DNA of 64,000 nt from contig CP154954.1 in assembly GCA_039621445.1 (NCBI GenBank), positions 10,373,521-10,437,520 of the forward strand, written 5' to 3'. This stretch comes from Euglena gracilis. Taxonomy: Eukaryota. Both the position numbers and the translations under genes were made by a program. Below, piece after piece: positions 40,135-64,000 of the stretch. Position 1 is the first letter of the stretch. Each line of letters begins with the position of its first letter. The notes below the pieces were generated by a model, which saw nothing but the letters and a program-made list of their open reading frames with translations, was not told the DNA's origin and searched no databases.

Positions 40135-42991
40135 GTGGGGGACCCCCCGGCCCCGCCCCCCCCCGCCCCGTAGCCCCGGAACGGTCTCGGTCTCCGCGAC
40201 GCTGGTCTGTGAACAGGGCTGTCCGGGAATCCCCAAACCGCAACCCCCCCCCCACTTATAAACCCCCCTCGGGCCACTTTGACGTATAACCCCCCAGGGA
40301 AGAAAAGTGAAAGCCGCCGGGGACGATGTTTTCGGCCACAACCACACAAGAACTGATTTTTGGCCGCTTTTTGAGACCGACCACCATCATCAAAATGCCA
40401 TTTTTGACCAAATTTGCCGATACTGCCAATTTGGGGTGGTTTCAGGGTCATTGTCTCTTCGGCTGACCAACCAAAGCAGATCCTATAAACCCCAGGGGGT
40501 TTATAATTTGGGGGGGTAGAGTGGTGGGGGGGGGTTGCCCCAACCCCCATCCTGGTGGGTGATTGGGGGTCGACCCCCCACCCAGTCCTTCCCATGCAGC
40601 CCTGGCTGCGAGGCAAAGCACGCTCTGCCAGGCGTTGCCGGGCTGCTGTGTTCACAGTGACTGCCTCGGGGCCCCATGCTTGCTGCACTGGACGCTAACG
40701 CGACGAATGGTGCAGCGCAGTGTCCCCCCGCTGTCGTGTTGGGTTGTGGCAAGCAGAATCCTGGGTAACTGTTTCCCCTCCGCAGCAATCAGGTCCAGGT
40801 ATTTCAGCGGACTCCACCCCTGTGAAATTCCAAGTTGAGCCGCTTCACCGACTGAAAGATTCGCCCATTATATATATTTTTTATTTTACTCGTTTATTTA
40901 AAAGCAACAAATAAAGAACATAAAATTATTGTTTTTTTTTCTCAGTAAAGTATTGTTTTTTTTTATTTTCTTTATTTATTTTCTTAATTGGCAATTTTTT
41001 TCCCTGTTCATCCCACAATTCCCGGCCAGGGCCCAACCACACGCAGTTGGAACCCGGTTGCAGTCCAACCAACAACCACCAACCGCTGATGGATGACCTC
41101 CTGTCATGCGGGTGGGGCCGGGCCCCAGAGCCAGGGGGGTGGGAATGGATGGATAACCCCAGAAGCTGGGTTCACCCCCATTTTTGCCATGAAGTCAGGG
41201 AATTTCCTAAGGCCCCCCCCCCCCGGGTTCCAGCCAGCCATGCTGGCTGGATAAAAAAGATGCTGGCTGGATCCCACCTGGGGGTGGGGGTCCGGGGGGT
41301 GGGTCTTACCGGCTGCCAGGCTGGACACAGCTGCCGAAAACATCCCCAGAAGCCCAAATCCAGCTGGGTTGGATTTGTTTGACCAAAATTTTGAGGTGAA
41401 AACCCCAAAAAGGACCAAAAATGGCCATGTTTTGGCCCCTTTTCGAAAGTCACGCGAATTTTTTGGTCCATCCCGGCTTCTCCAGGCTTCAAAAAAGTTT
41501 ATTTTTGCTTGCCGGGGGGTCCGCAGCACGGCGGGAGCTGCTGGTTTGAAAAAAGGTGCTGGCTGGCTGGACCCCCCGGGGGGTCGGGTGGGGTCCAGTG
41601 TAAGGAATTCCAAAAATTTTGGGCCCAGACGTGGCCCAGAGAGTTGGTCTCGCCAAGCCCTCACCCCCCATGGGAGGGAGGTGAAATAAGTGAGAATATA
41701 TGAACCCCCTGCCTGACCTATCCAAATGATTTTGTGTTTTTCATTAGAAAACTGTTGATAAAAAGCGATGTGTACGTTATTTTGAGCTCCTATTTTGTAT
41801 ATATAAAAAGTGCCTTTTTGGATTTGGAGCCGAAAACGTCAATTATCTTCATCTGACCCCGGAAATTGTTGTCCCCTCGCAGACTTGTCTGGAGGCAGTA
41901 CCCCACCCCGTTGGAGTCGGGGGGTCCCACACAAACGTTCTGCCGTGGGGATTCCGGTCGTGTCTGCTGTGCAGGGTTTCTCACATTAAGGGCATTCGAT
42001 TAGGGTTTTTGCGTCAGGAGTTGGGTTCGGGTTCGGGTTTGGGTAGAGCTTTCAGGCCAGTCAGGCCGAATTGCCTGAAAGTTTAGGCCTAAAAATGTAA
42101 CCTTAACCCTATCCCAAAGAGCCACCTCAGTTTCTCTTACACGGCATCCGGAAGCACACCCAAAAGAAAACACGATAGAATCGGGAGGTTCCCGGGACCG
42201 CCAAACCCTGGGTGTCGGTGCGCCAGAGTTTGGGATGAGACCCTCCCCCGCGGGAGGTATGGGAGGTATTTCGGTTTTGAGATAGGTGGTAATGTGGGGG
42301 GTCCCAACAACCCCCCTCCGTGGCAGGTTCCAAAAATAGCGAAAAAAATTTCTGTCCGCACCGGAAAATTCGGGAAAAAATTCCCTCGTTTTTAAGCATA
42401 TTACATGTTCTAGTGTTTTCATTTCGAAAAATGTTTAAAAATTAAAATTAAAATTGAAAATGAGCATTTTTGATTTATTTCCAAAAGAAAAATGAAGGAT
42501 TTTCCAGCAGTTTTGGTTTGGTATTTGGTCTTTTGACTTTCCACAGAACCAAAGATCTTCCCGGTACCTAACCATTTCGAGGTCGGAGGGGGCCCCTCCA
42601 TGTTGAGAGGGGGTCTGGACCCCCCCCAGGGCTTCCCATACATCCATCCCCCCACATACTATGAGGCTGCCAAAAAAAAAAACATTCCCCGGGCTTCTGT
42701 TTAAGGAAGCTCGCACCACCCGGGGAGGTTTAGGAATTAATCTAGGCCCATTCCGGACCCATTTTGGCTGAATTTGAGCCAAGGCAAAAGTGCAGCCTGA
42801 GAACCTTGCCAACAAGGGCCGAACTTCCGGTCTAACTTCGTCCCTGGATCGGCCAATTTTTGTTCCATAGATACCCAACCCTATTCCGGAAATAGGCACT
42901 CACCCTCCCCAAACCCAACAAAACTTGCCTGATTTTGGCGTGCTTCCTGGGCACTGCGGGACCGAAAATTCAAAAAGTGGGAACCGGGTGG

Positions 42992-43322
<331 letters not shown>

Positions 43323-44597
43323 CACGGTTTCCCACAAATTCGTGCCACGAATAATCGCGAACCAGCACGAATTTGGTGATTTTCCGAAATAACGAATAAT
43401 CACGAATAATCACGAATTTCCACGAACGACCTGGAACAGTTTTTGGTTCTCACTGCAGGCTGTTAAAATTCATGGTTTGGTGTTTTTTTTCTCAGACCTA
43501 TCTGAGAAGTTAAAGGTTTTCACAAATACCAACAAAGACCAGATTGTTCTGTGGTCAAAGCTCAGAGTGCTTGATCCAAGAAACGTTGTGGTATCCCAAA
43601 TGCCATACCTACCCCCCCCCTGGGAAACTGTCATGCCCGAGAACCTGTCAGGGTCCCGCCCGGGAAACTGTCAGGGTCCCCGGTACCGGCCAACCTGTCA
43701 TGCTGGAAGTTGTCAGGGTCCCCGGTACCGGCCAACCTGTCAGGGTCATTTTTCATTGACTTTCCCTTGAAATGCCCTTCCCGGGAAACTGTCAGGGTCC
43801 CGCCCAGGAAACTGTCAGGATCCCTGGTACCGGCCAACCTGTCATGATAGGAGTTGTCAGGGTCCCCTGTAGTGGTCAAGCTGTCAGGTGACAGTTTCCC
43901 GGGGGGGGGGTAGGTAATTCAGCCAGTGATCACAAATTTTATGGTTCACAGCCAGCAAAAATACCACATCGAAACAGAGCCTTGGCATGGTTTCGTCACA
44001 TCAGCTGCCGTGGAGAGGTCTTTCAGTCCCGCAGGGCTTATCGACGTCAAGAAGCGGCAAACGTTGGGGAAGGTCACATTTCGGCCTTTTGTTTCATTTT
44101 TTTTGGATTTTGTGTTGGTGGGTTGGGCAATGTTCCAAGCCCTGAAGTCGAAGTGTGTGGAAGATATTGCGTCAAACCGCTGTCATGATGTTCCGCAATG
44201 GCGATGTTGAGAGCGCTTCTCTGTTCAACGTGTGACTTTTCTGCCCATGGAACGCACACCGTGCAACACAACACTGCACAATGCAACACCGCACACTTCG
44301 GCAACAACGTCATTCATTGGTGTCACGTTTTGTCTGCTTTGCTTCATGTTCAAGGTTGTTGTCCAATCAAGGTGGTCAAGAGCTTCGTTTTTGATATTTC
44401 TGCCGTTGGAGGTGATACACAGGTCAGATGAGGAGTGTGCATTGGTTTTCTGGGCAGGTTTAGTAAAAAACCGGGCGATTTTTGGGAAGCACAAATAATC
44501 ACGAATAATCACGAATAATCACGAATAATCACGAATAATCACGAATAATCACGAATCAGAATTGAGGGTCCCTAGCACGAATTTGTGTGAAACCCTG
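43323..44597 (+). mobile_element. Non-autonomous hAT element copy 2, inserted into (TATG)n
   Basis: Same TIR and ACGAATAATC arrays as 35703-36637; encodes TSAAVERSFSPAGLIDVKKRQTLGK; right end GAAACCCTG. Confidence 0.88.
43608..43914. mobile_element. TA-targeting (Tc1/mariner-type) MITE nested in hAT copy 2
   Basis: TIR CCTACCCCCCCCC..GGGAAACTGTCA / TGACAGTTTCCCGGGGGGGGGGTAGG; TA duplicated. The empty site GCCA-TA-ATTCAGCC is present in copy 1 at ~36014-36028. Confidence 0.93.
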
Positions 44598-44848
44598 ATG
44601 TATGTATGTATGTATGCATGCATGCACGTATGTATGTATGTATGTATGTATGTATGTATGTATGTATGTATGTATGTATGTACGTACGTTTGTATGTATA
44701 TTTCATTCATGTCCATGCTGCAGGCAAAATTTTACCCCGCAGCAGCGTGAATTTTATCACTGCAACGCTGGAGCATCGACCAGGACCGCTCCCTCACAGT
44801 CCTCCCCCCTCCGGCTCCACCTCCCCCCCCCCTTCCTCCCCCCCACAG

Positions 44849-47803
44849 ATGCGCCGGGCCGCCGTGTTACTGCTGCGACCCACGCCTGCCCTCCGGGCAG
44901 CGGAGCTCTTCGTCGGGAACCTGCCCTTCAGCGTCGACGATGCGGAGCTGGCGGCCATCTTCCCCCGGGCTGGGCAGGTGTGGCAGGGATGCCCCGTGTG
45001 AGGGTGACTGGCAGTGTCGGCAGCAATGGGACGTCACAGAACCCCATTCATCCCTTCATCATGGAGGTACACCCCCGTTTTGCACAGACATTTTCGTGAT
45101 CATTTTTGGGGGTGCGGTCAGAGTCTGTGAATGCTCAAAGGCTCCTTCCCATTGTTCGAACACCATTTTGTTGACTCACGCCAATCTCTTCCAAGTCATC
45201 TTTTGCTTGATCCTTGTTTTTTTTAAAAAAAATCCAATTTCACTCCACAGATCATATTTGAGAACCGTAAGTTTATTCAGCGGCCATATATTTCAGAGTT
45301 CTTCGTGTCGCTTCCCCTCTTTCCAAGCACCTCCTAGTCCATACATAACACCTCGAGAGGTGCCCCCCCCTGCAGGGCTGTCCCCTTGGCTTAAACTGCC
45401 CGACCAGTCATGTGGAAACTGTCATCCAGGCTTCTACTTGCTTTGTCAGTGGCAACTTCTCATGGAGGTCGATAATTCCCGGGGCAACAAGGTCAGGCTT
45501 CAGAATCCCAGTGGTCACGACTGCCACTTCATTTGAACTCACGGCGGGTGACAGACGCTACGAGGAAATGGGTAAAATGCAAGACATGACTGATATGTCT
45601 GAGATGATCGCAGACACTTCACTGGTGGTGGTCCAGGCTGGTTGCGAACTTGCCAACGCCAACAGCACTCCCAAACACAAGTGCCCCACTCCCCAAAAAA
45701 AAGACATCACAATTTCAAACAAGTGGCCATTCGGAACCAGTTTGGGCTGCGAGAAGCTTCTATTTTTTGAAGAAATCGTCCGACCGAACGCTTGATACCA
45801 GCAGAGTTCCGGTGCAGCACAAAAATGGCAACACTATATTTTCTTTTCTTTCTTTCTAACGCTGGTACCGAACAGCTCGTCTCCTTTCTTCTCCGGCATG
45901 CAGGGTTTTCACACCCAATCCAACCAACCACTCTTTTTCTTGGGCAGCTCAATGCGAAGGTGATCCGGGATTTCCACACCGGAAAGTCCAACGGGTTCGG
46001 CTTCGTCAAGTTTGTGGACTCGGACGCAGCCTCGGCAGCCCTCCAACAAGCCAGGTTGTTGCCCAGATCCAGCCCACCGTGCCAGGCGTTCGCGCGGGGG
46101 CAAACCAATTCCATTGCGTTTTTTTCAGGTGGAAAATCCGGACATATGACGAAGAGGCCAAAGACAAACAATGAGATGAAAGAATGTTGTGATTTACCCC
46201 CGGCCAGTTGACCCACCGAGGTTGCTGTAGGTCATCCGCCCCAAAGTTGCCGTCCCCCAGGTGGCCGGGCAAAGTATTACCATACCTCCCCACTCCCCCC
46301 CCCCGGGCAGTTGGCACCCCAGGTAATTTTCATCCCCCTACCCTGCCCAAGTTTTACCCCACAGGAGTGTATCGCCCCTCTGTTCTGCCCTTCTTGCCAG
46401 CCCCTGCTGAATTTTTTCCCCTCAAAAAGGGCCTGAAATGATTTCCGGGGTAAGTTTTGGGTGGAAATATTCAGAATCCTGCCCCCCCCCCCGGCAAAGA
46501 AGTGAGAGGTTACCTGGGATACCCCCAGGAATTTGCCATTTTGGGCAATGGGTGAGAAGCTTCTATCCCACTCTGTGCTGCTGAATATTGTACCCTCTGG
46601 GAGAGTTTGTCGCGCGACAAATGTATACGATATGAATGAAATTTACGGTAAGACACGATACAGGGATTTCTGTGTTTTGTCCGGTGGAAAATCTCGAAAG
46701 AAATCGTGAATCTGCAGGTAAAATGGAGTTTTTGCAAAAATCAGGAGGTTGATTTCTTGAACATTCTGTTCACTCCCTCCTGGCTCAAATTCCTATTTAT
46801 TTTTTTTACGATCCAGAATCACAGATTCTGTGATTTTATTTATGAGTTAAAGCCGAATTTATTTAAGATGATTCCGTAGGTCCACTCCTAACAAATTTCG
46901 GTATATTTTACTATTTAAATTCAAATAGAAGAATAAATAAAATTAAAAAGCAATTTATACCAGAATTTGCTTGATGTCGACCTACGGAATTCTACAAGCA
47001 TTTTCTGGATCAAACTGCTATTTGAGACCCAAGAATTTCATAAAATGGATTAAATAGGAATTTATACTAGAATTTGTTTATGTCCGTTGTCTTTTTGTGT
47101 TCGTTTTTGTTTCGTTCACTCTTTGCATATCATTTTCTGATTTTGGAGTGGCCCAAGTGGCGAAGCATCGTCGAACTTGGAAACAGAGCATCGCCCAGTG
47201 CTGCAATAGGTTTCCGACCCTCTCTTGTACCAGCTGGCCTTGCTTTTTTATGCTTGGCACATCTGGCCTGGGCAACGTTTGGGTGTGCTAACACTCAGCA
47301 TAAGGTGCAGATACTGAATCCGCACCATTTGCAGTGAAAACAGTTTGAATCTGCACAAGAGGGTCAGACCAGACGATTCCCATAGCACGAAAACAACGCA
47401 AAAAGATCACACAAGGAATCAGCGGAAATCACAAATGATAATTTTGGGTTCCCAGCACAAAGTAGAGGTAATCCCTGCAAGAGAGATTAAAGTCGAAGTA
47501 TTCCTACCCAGTCTTATTTGCGATATTTGCTGGAACTTTATTTTATCGATGCTAAGTTCCACCGGATACACCCGATAACCCCCCCAAATTATTTGGCAGT
47601 GGCTTAATGCCTTGGCGGGGGTGATCCGAAAAAGATGTTTCAAGTTATTTGGCACCCCCAGTGCCCTTTCTCCCCAATTTTCCCCTCATAAATGACGCAA
47701 AAACCTTTTGGAAAGCAATTTTTTCAAAGATTTTTTTTCACCCAATTCCCAACCCCCCCAATGCTTCTGAGGTCAGGTCATCATCGTTGAGCTTTTGAAG
47801 CGC
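44849..47803 (+). CDS. Small single-RRM RNA-binding protein, possibly mitochondrion-targeted
   Basis: Exon 44849-~44980 MRRAAVLLLRPTPALRAAELFVGNLPFSVDDAELAAIFPRAGQ(V) contains RNP2 LFVGNL. Exon 45948-~46050 LNAKVIRDFHTGKSNGFGFVKFVDSDAASAALQQ contains RNP1 NGFGFVKF. Tentative exons ~47287-47304 and ~47778-47807 (VIIVELLKRH*). The 3' structure is uncertain. Confidence 0.85.
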
Positions 47804-48031
47804 CATTGACCAGTGTGTGCACAATGAAGGGGCCCAAGTAATTTGGTGGGAGCAGGTCGAAAAGACAATTTGGCATCTCTCTGAGCAAGGGGGGAGGGTC
47901 ACCAAAAACCACGTTTCTCCTGCTTATGTATTACACATGCATATTTATACATATATACACACATATATAGATGTATATGTATATGTGTATATATACATAT
48001 AATATACATATAATATACATATACTTTTATA

Positions 48032-48314
48032 TATGACAGCCTCCAATTAATTTGCCCCCCCCGGGGGGGGGGGGGCGGATAGTTGGATCAGGAGGTTCCA
48101 AAAAAAATTGCGTTATTGATGGAATAGGGTTGGGGTTACGACTTAGGGTTAGGGTTAGGCCTAACTAATAGAGTGTTAGGTGTCCAAGTTAGGCCTGAAG
48201 TTAGGCCAAACTCGTAACCCTAGCCCTACTCCATCCACAACGCAAAAAAAATTGGAACCCTCTGATCCAATTATCCGCCCCCCCCCGGGGGGCATTTAGT
48301 TGGAGGCTGCCATG
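48032..48314. mobile_element. Long fold-back MITE with telomere-like core
   Basis: ~110-bp imperfect inverted arms (ATGACAGCCTCCAA..GGCGGATAGTTGGATCAG / CTGATCCAATTATCCGCC..TTGGAGGCTGCCAT); central TTAGGGTTAGGGTTAGG; TA flanks. Confidence 0.85.
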
Positions 48315-48741
48315 TATTTATACTTACATATATATAAGCCCCCCAGCGAGTAAAATCTCCAGGGTGCTGTGTGGCAGCACCCACTTCTGACTTTCCACTT
48401 TTCGGTCCCGCTGGGCCCCAGAATTGCGCCGGATCCGGGCGAAATGGGTCGGATGCGGGGAGATTCCTCGCTTAATTAGAAGGATAGGGTTGAGGTTAGG
48501 ATCGTCGCGCCAAAAATTGGCCCAATTTAGGGACAAAGTTAGGCCAGAAATTAGGGTCCCTGTTTCGGAAGATTTTTAGGGGGCCCTTCTGACAGAATTT
48601 TACCAAAAATCGACCTAAATCCCGCCTACTTCGGTCGGAAGTGCAGCCTAACGTCCGCCGAAATCCCGAAAACGAGCACCCGACAGGAATCCAGTCGGAA
48701 CACTTACCCTATCCCCCATTAATAACCCCAACTTTCCCCTG

Positions 48742-49000
48742 ATGGAGATAGGAGAGAGAGAGAGGATAGATGATGGAGAGAGATGAGAGAGGAGAGAGGA
48801 GAGGAGGGGACAGGAACAAGGTACAGAGGAGGTAGGGGAGAGGAGAGGAGGAGATAGAGAAGGGTAGAAGAGGAAAGAGTATGGAGTGGAGAGGGGAGAG
48901 GGGTGATAGGGAGAGATTAATGAGATGAGAGATGAGCGAGATATAGTAGGAGGAGAGGGGAGGAGAGAGGAGGGGGGGGAGAGAGGAGAGATTAGATTAA
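48742..49000. repeat. GA-rich low-complexity (GAGAG)n tract
   Basis: Seen directly. Confidence 0.9.
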
Positions 49001-49110
49001 GATGTATGAATATATATTACAGTATATAAATATATTTATATATTAATCTATTGTATTATATTATATTATATTATATTATATCCATTCATGGACATATATA
49101 TATATGTATG

Positions 49111-49141
<31 letters not shown>

Positions 49142-50406
49142 GTATTACATGTATTATATTGTAATGTGATATGTATAATATATGCACATGTTGTGCGGGT
49201 GTGTCAGTCATTGGACCTCTTCGCTCCTCGATTTCGCCAACACACCACCGCACGTGTGGGCAGCACCCCAACCTGCCCCGACCAACGGGCGGTCCGTCCA
49301 GGGGCGGACCATCCGCACAGGCCTCCGTTTCCCCCAACGTGGACCTTGTTGCCCCCCACCCGTCTGGATTAGCCATCGGGAGCACACTCCATCGTTCCAC
49401 GCATGATCCCCACGCACGCGGGCGGGAAGTTCTTCCAAAGCGAAGGGCAGGAAGCGGGCGGCTGCGCCCGAGTGCAGCTGTCGGTGCCCTCCGCCAATCG
49501 GAGGGCGCCGCGGGAGCAGGCAGGGTCGGCCTCGCCGGGGCTGAGCACGCAGTGTGCCAGGGCCGGATGTCAGTATTGCGGCGGAACAATGCCCCCCCTT
49601 CCGTTCCCAACGAACACCCTGTGTTCGGACGGCAACCTTTTAGGTAAAACGCAGGTGAACTGGCAGGTGATTGGGGGAAACACTTTTTCTTGGTAATTGG
49701 TAATGGAGACCCCGGGACCCCTCCCGCGGAGGATAGGGACCTATTTTGCTTTTTCTTGCTGCAGCTGTTGGAAATACAATCCAGTGAACCCCCTGGGGTT
49801 CTGAAGCTGAGTACCTGGTCTCCACACCTAAATAGGAGAGCCATTCTGCCTTCCCATGTGCGTGTTCATGTGTGGATTTAAAAAATCAAATCTAATCTAA
49901 ATTGCACAGAAAAATTCTTAAAGCAAGAATTCCAAAAACAAAACACATGCCCACCAAATATCACTTCCAGGTCATTGATAATAATAATAATGAATGATAA
50001 TTATAACATAATTTAATGCTTTTATTCATTGGACGACAGAGCATTTTGGCAATCTGGAAGATTTTTTTTCAACATTTTTTTCCTCTGAGAAGGGGGAGTT
50101 ATGTTGATGGATTTTTTTGCATCCTTGTGCAAAAAAATTTTGGAGGATTTAATCAGAAATCGTTCTTTTGAGTTGGACTGCATCCCCCGCATCCGACAAA
50201 TATTTAAGGGGACAATGACGTTTTTAATGTGTGTGTGTGTGTGTTTATGCTTTTAAGTTTAAACCTGGCATTTGCTTCTTGTGTAAAACTTGGCATTGCA
50301 CACTAATATTTCATATTACCAGATTCTTTTGCAAAAATCACGAATATTGAATATTGAAGTATTGGGCTTCCATTGCATATATTTCATTCCGTTCCGCAAA
50401 CGTGTT

Positions 50407-50793
50407 TACCTCCCCCCAAATAACGTGGCAGGGTGCCCCGTTATTGGCACCATCTTTTTGACCTTCCCCCCTGCCCCGTTATTTGGGCACAACCCATCAT
50501 CATCAAACGTTGGATCCCGCCCCGCGTTTTACTAGTGGGACCCCCCTTGGGGGGATAACTGGTAAATCCCTGCCATACACACAAATATGTATGCATGTTT
50601 GTATGCATATGTATCCATGTATGTACTCGTGGCAGGCAGCATTGTGGATTATTTTCGTCCTCGCTACCCTCTTGGACCAAAAAACCTGAGGGTGCCCCGT
50701 TATTGGAACCATCTTTTTCGGCCTTCCCCCCACCCCATTATTCGGGCACTGCCCACTCAAAGGGCATTGCCCCGTTATTTGGGGGGGTGGTTA
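50407..50793. mobile_element. TA-flanked MITE with GCCCCGTTATT repeats
   Basis: Ends TACCTCCCCCCAAATAACGTGGCA / TGCCCCGTTATTTGGGGGGGTGGTTA. Confidence 0.75.
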
Positions 50794-51832
50794 AGGCCCG
50801 GGCGTATCAGGGGTGAATCCCACCAGTCAGTTGTACGGTGAGGGTGCCACCACCTCAAGAAATTGTCTTCTCCATACTGCTGATTGTACAATGTTTGACC
50901 ACCCAGGCATATTGGGAAGTGCCTCCAATTCTCCACAGATCGTTGGCAGCAAAATGGGGCCGTATTATTTCTGGTACCTCTTTTTTTTGTGTCTCATATT
51001 CCTCTTTGCACACTCAGTAGTATTAATTTTTGTGTCTCCGAAAAAAAAACGGATTTCCGGTCAGCGAGACCGTTTCTGGTGGCTGAGGCAGGGCTGCCTC
51101 CCCTCCCCGGCGTCCCACCGCCGCTCCGGAGGAGCCCTTTCCGTAACAACCCGGCTCCCCACACCCCACACCCGTCACTCCTGCACTGCCATTCACCTTC
51201 CTTACGAAGTGCCACACACTGGCGCACTGCAACCCTCTGGACATTTTCCACCTCTGTGTATGGCATATTAGAACGCCTGTTTGAATTGCACAGCTGGCCC
51301 CCCATCGGTTCAGTTCAATGCATTTTGGGAAAATGTCCCGCAGAGATGGTACGATGTTCAACTGGTCGATTTTGTTTTGAAATGCACATTTTTGGATGTC
51401 GCACATTTTTGGATGTCAAAGCAAAAAAGGCATACCCAAAGCAACAACACATAAATTTGTGCGGTATTTTTTGTGTTTGAGTCGCAGGTGGGCATTGAAG
51501 CTTGTTTTTATTGGAAACCAATCTTCCTTTTTTTGAGGGGGGGTCATATACACTGAATGGGGGTTTTTGCCCGCCAACACACCAAGCTCCGCAGTCATAC
51601 ATGTAGTTACTTAACTATATAGAAGTCATTGTTATAATAATAATGTGTAATTATGTATATATTATAATTAATCATATATAGTAAACTATACATTAGTTAG
51701 TAAACTATGTATGTAGCCCTATAGTTTATGAGTGGGGAAATGGTGACTGGGAGATTTTTTGTCTTTTCAAGTGGTGCTCATTTCACACAAAGGGCTCATG
51801 CATGCACCGTTTGCGCCGCAGTCCCGTTGCTC

Positions 51833-63708
<11,876 letters not shown>

Positions 63709-63934
63709 CCCGGGGTGGGTTCTGCAGTACATCCAAGCACCGCACATCCGAGCGGCACCACTGTGTGTCCGTTCGCAAGGTGCAAAACATAATTATGATA
63801 CCAAATAAGATTGATGGATTGCAAATAAGGTTGATGTATTGATGGCAACATGAGATAATTATGTTACAATATTATAATGTATTGATGCAGAATATAATTA
63901 TATATGTATGTTGAATATTGGTACATATTGGTGA

Positions 63935-63957
63935 GTATCTATCTATCTATCTATCTT

Positions 63958-64000
<43 letters not shown>
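63935..64000. repeat. (TATC)n microsatellite
   Basis: Seen directly. Confidence 0.95.

Noticed and set aside
39253-40347. 364-aa minus-strand ORF with signal-like MDFGTFAVL and polyY/H
   Set aside because: Crosses an (AAT)n microsatellite and a MITE, and is antisense to a better-supported + strand exon.

Overview
Eukaryotic nuclear DNA, almost certainly from a photosynthetic euglenid (Euglena-like). Short GC3-rich exons are scattered among long introns full of microsatellites and MITEs. Many introns are euglenid 'nonconventional' introns: no GT-AG, a terminal stem, and positions +4..+6 (often CAG) pairing with -8..-6 (often CTG). Spliced by hand, five + strand genes emerge: a DEDDh REX1/REXO1-type RNA exonuclease (5' end outside the window), a plastid-targeted PSB33/TEF5 Rieske-like thylakoid protein, an unrecognised multi-exon protein, a small single-RRM protein, and Ku80 (3' end outside the window). 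A weak minus-strand gene candidate lies head-to-head with Ku80. Mobile DNA includes two copies of a hAT-derived element that differ by an internal inversion and a nested TA-targeted MITE, and that appear to carry a stem-forming intron in their transposase remnant. There are also hAT MITEs with exact 8-bp TSDs, many TA-flanked polyC/polyG-ended MITEs, a telomere-like hairpin family, and a 2-kb Helentron-like element filled with tandem repeats. Most long ORFs in the six-frame track are microsatellite or GC-run artefacts. All family assignments come from remembered motifs, not database searches.
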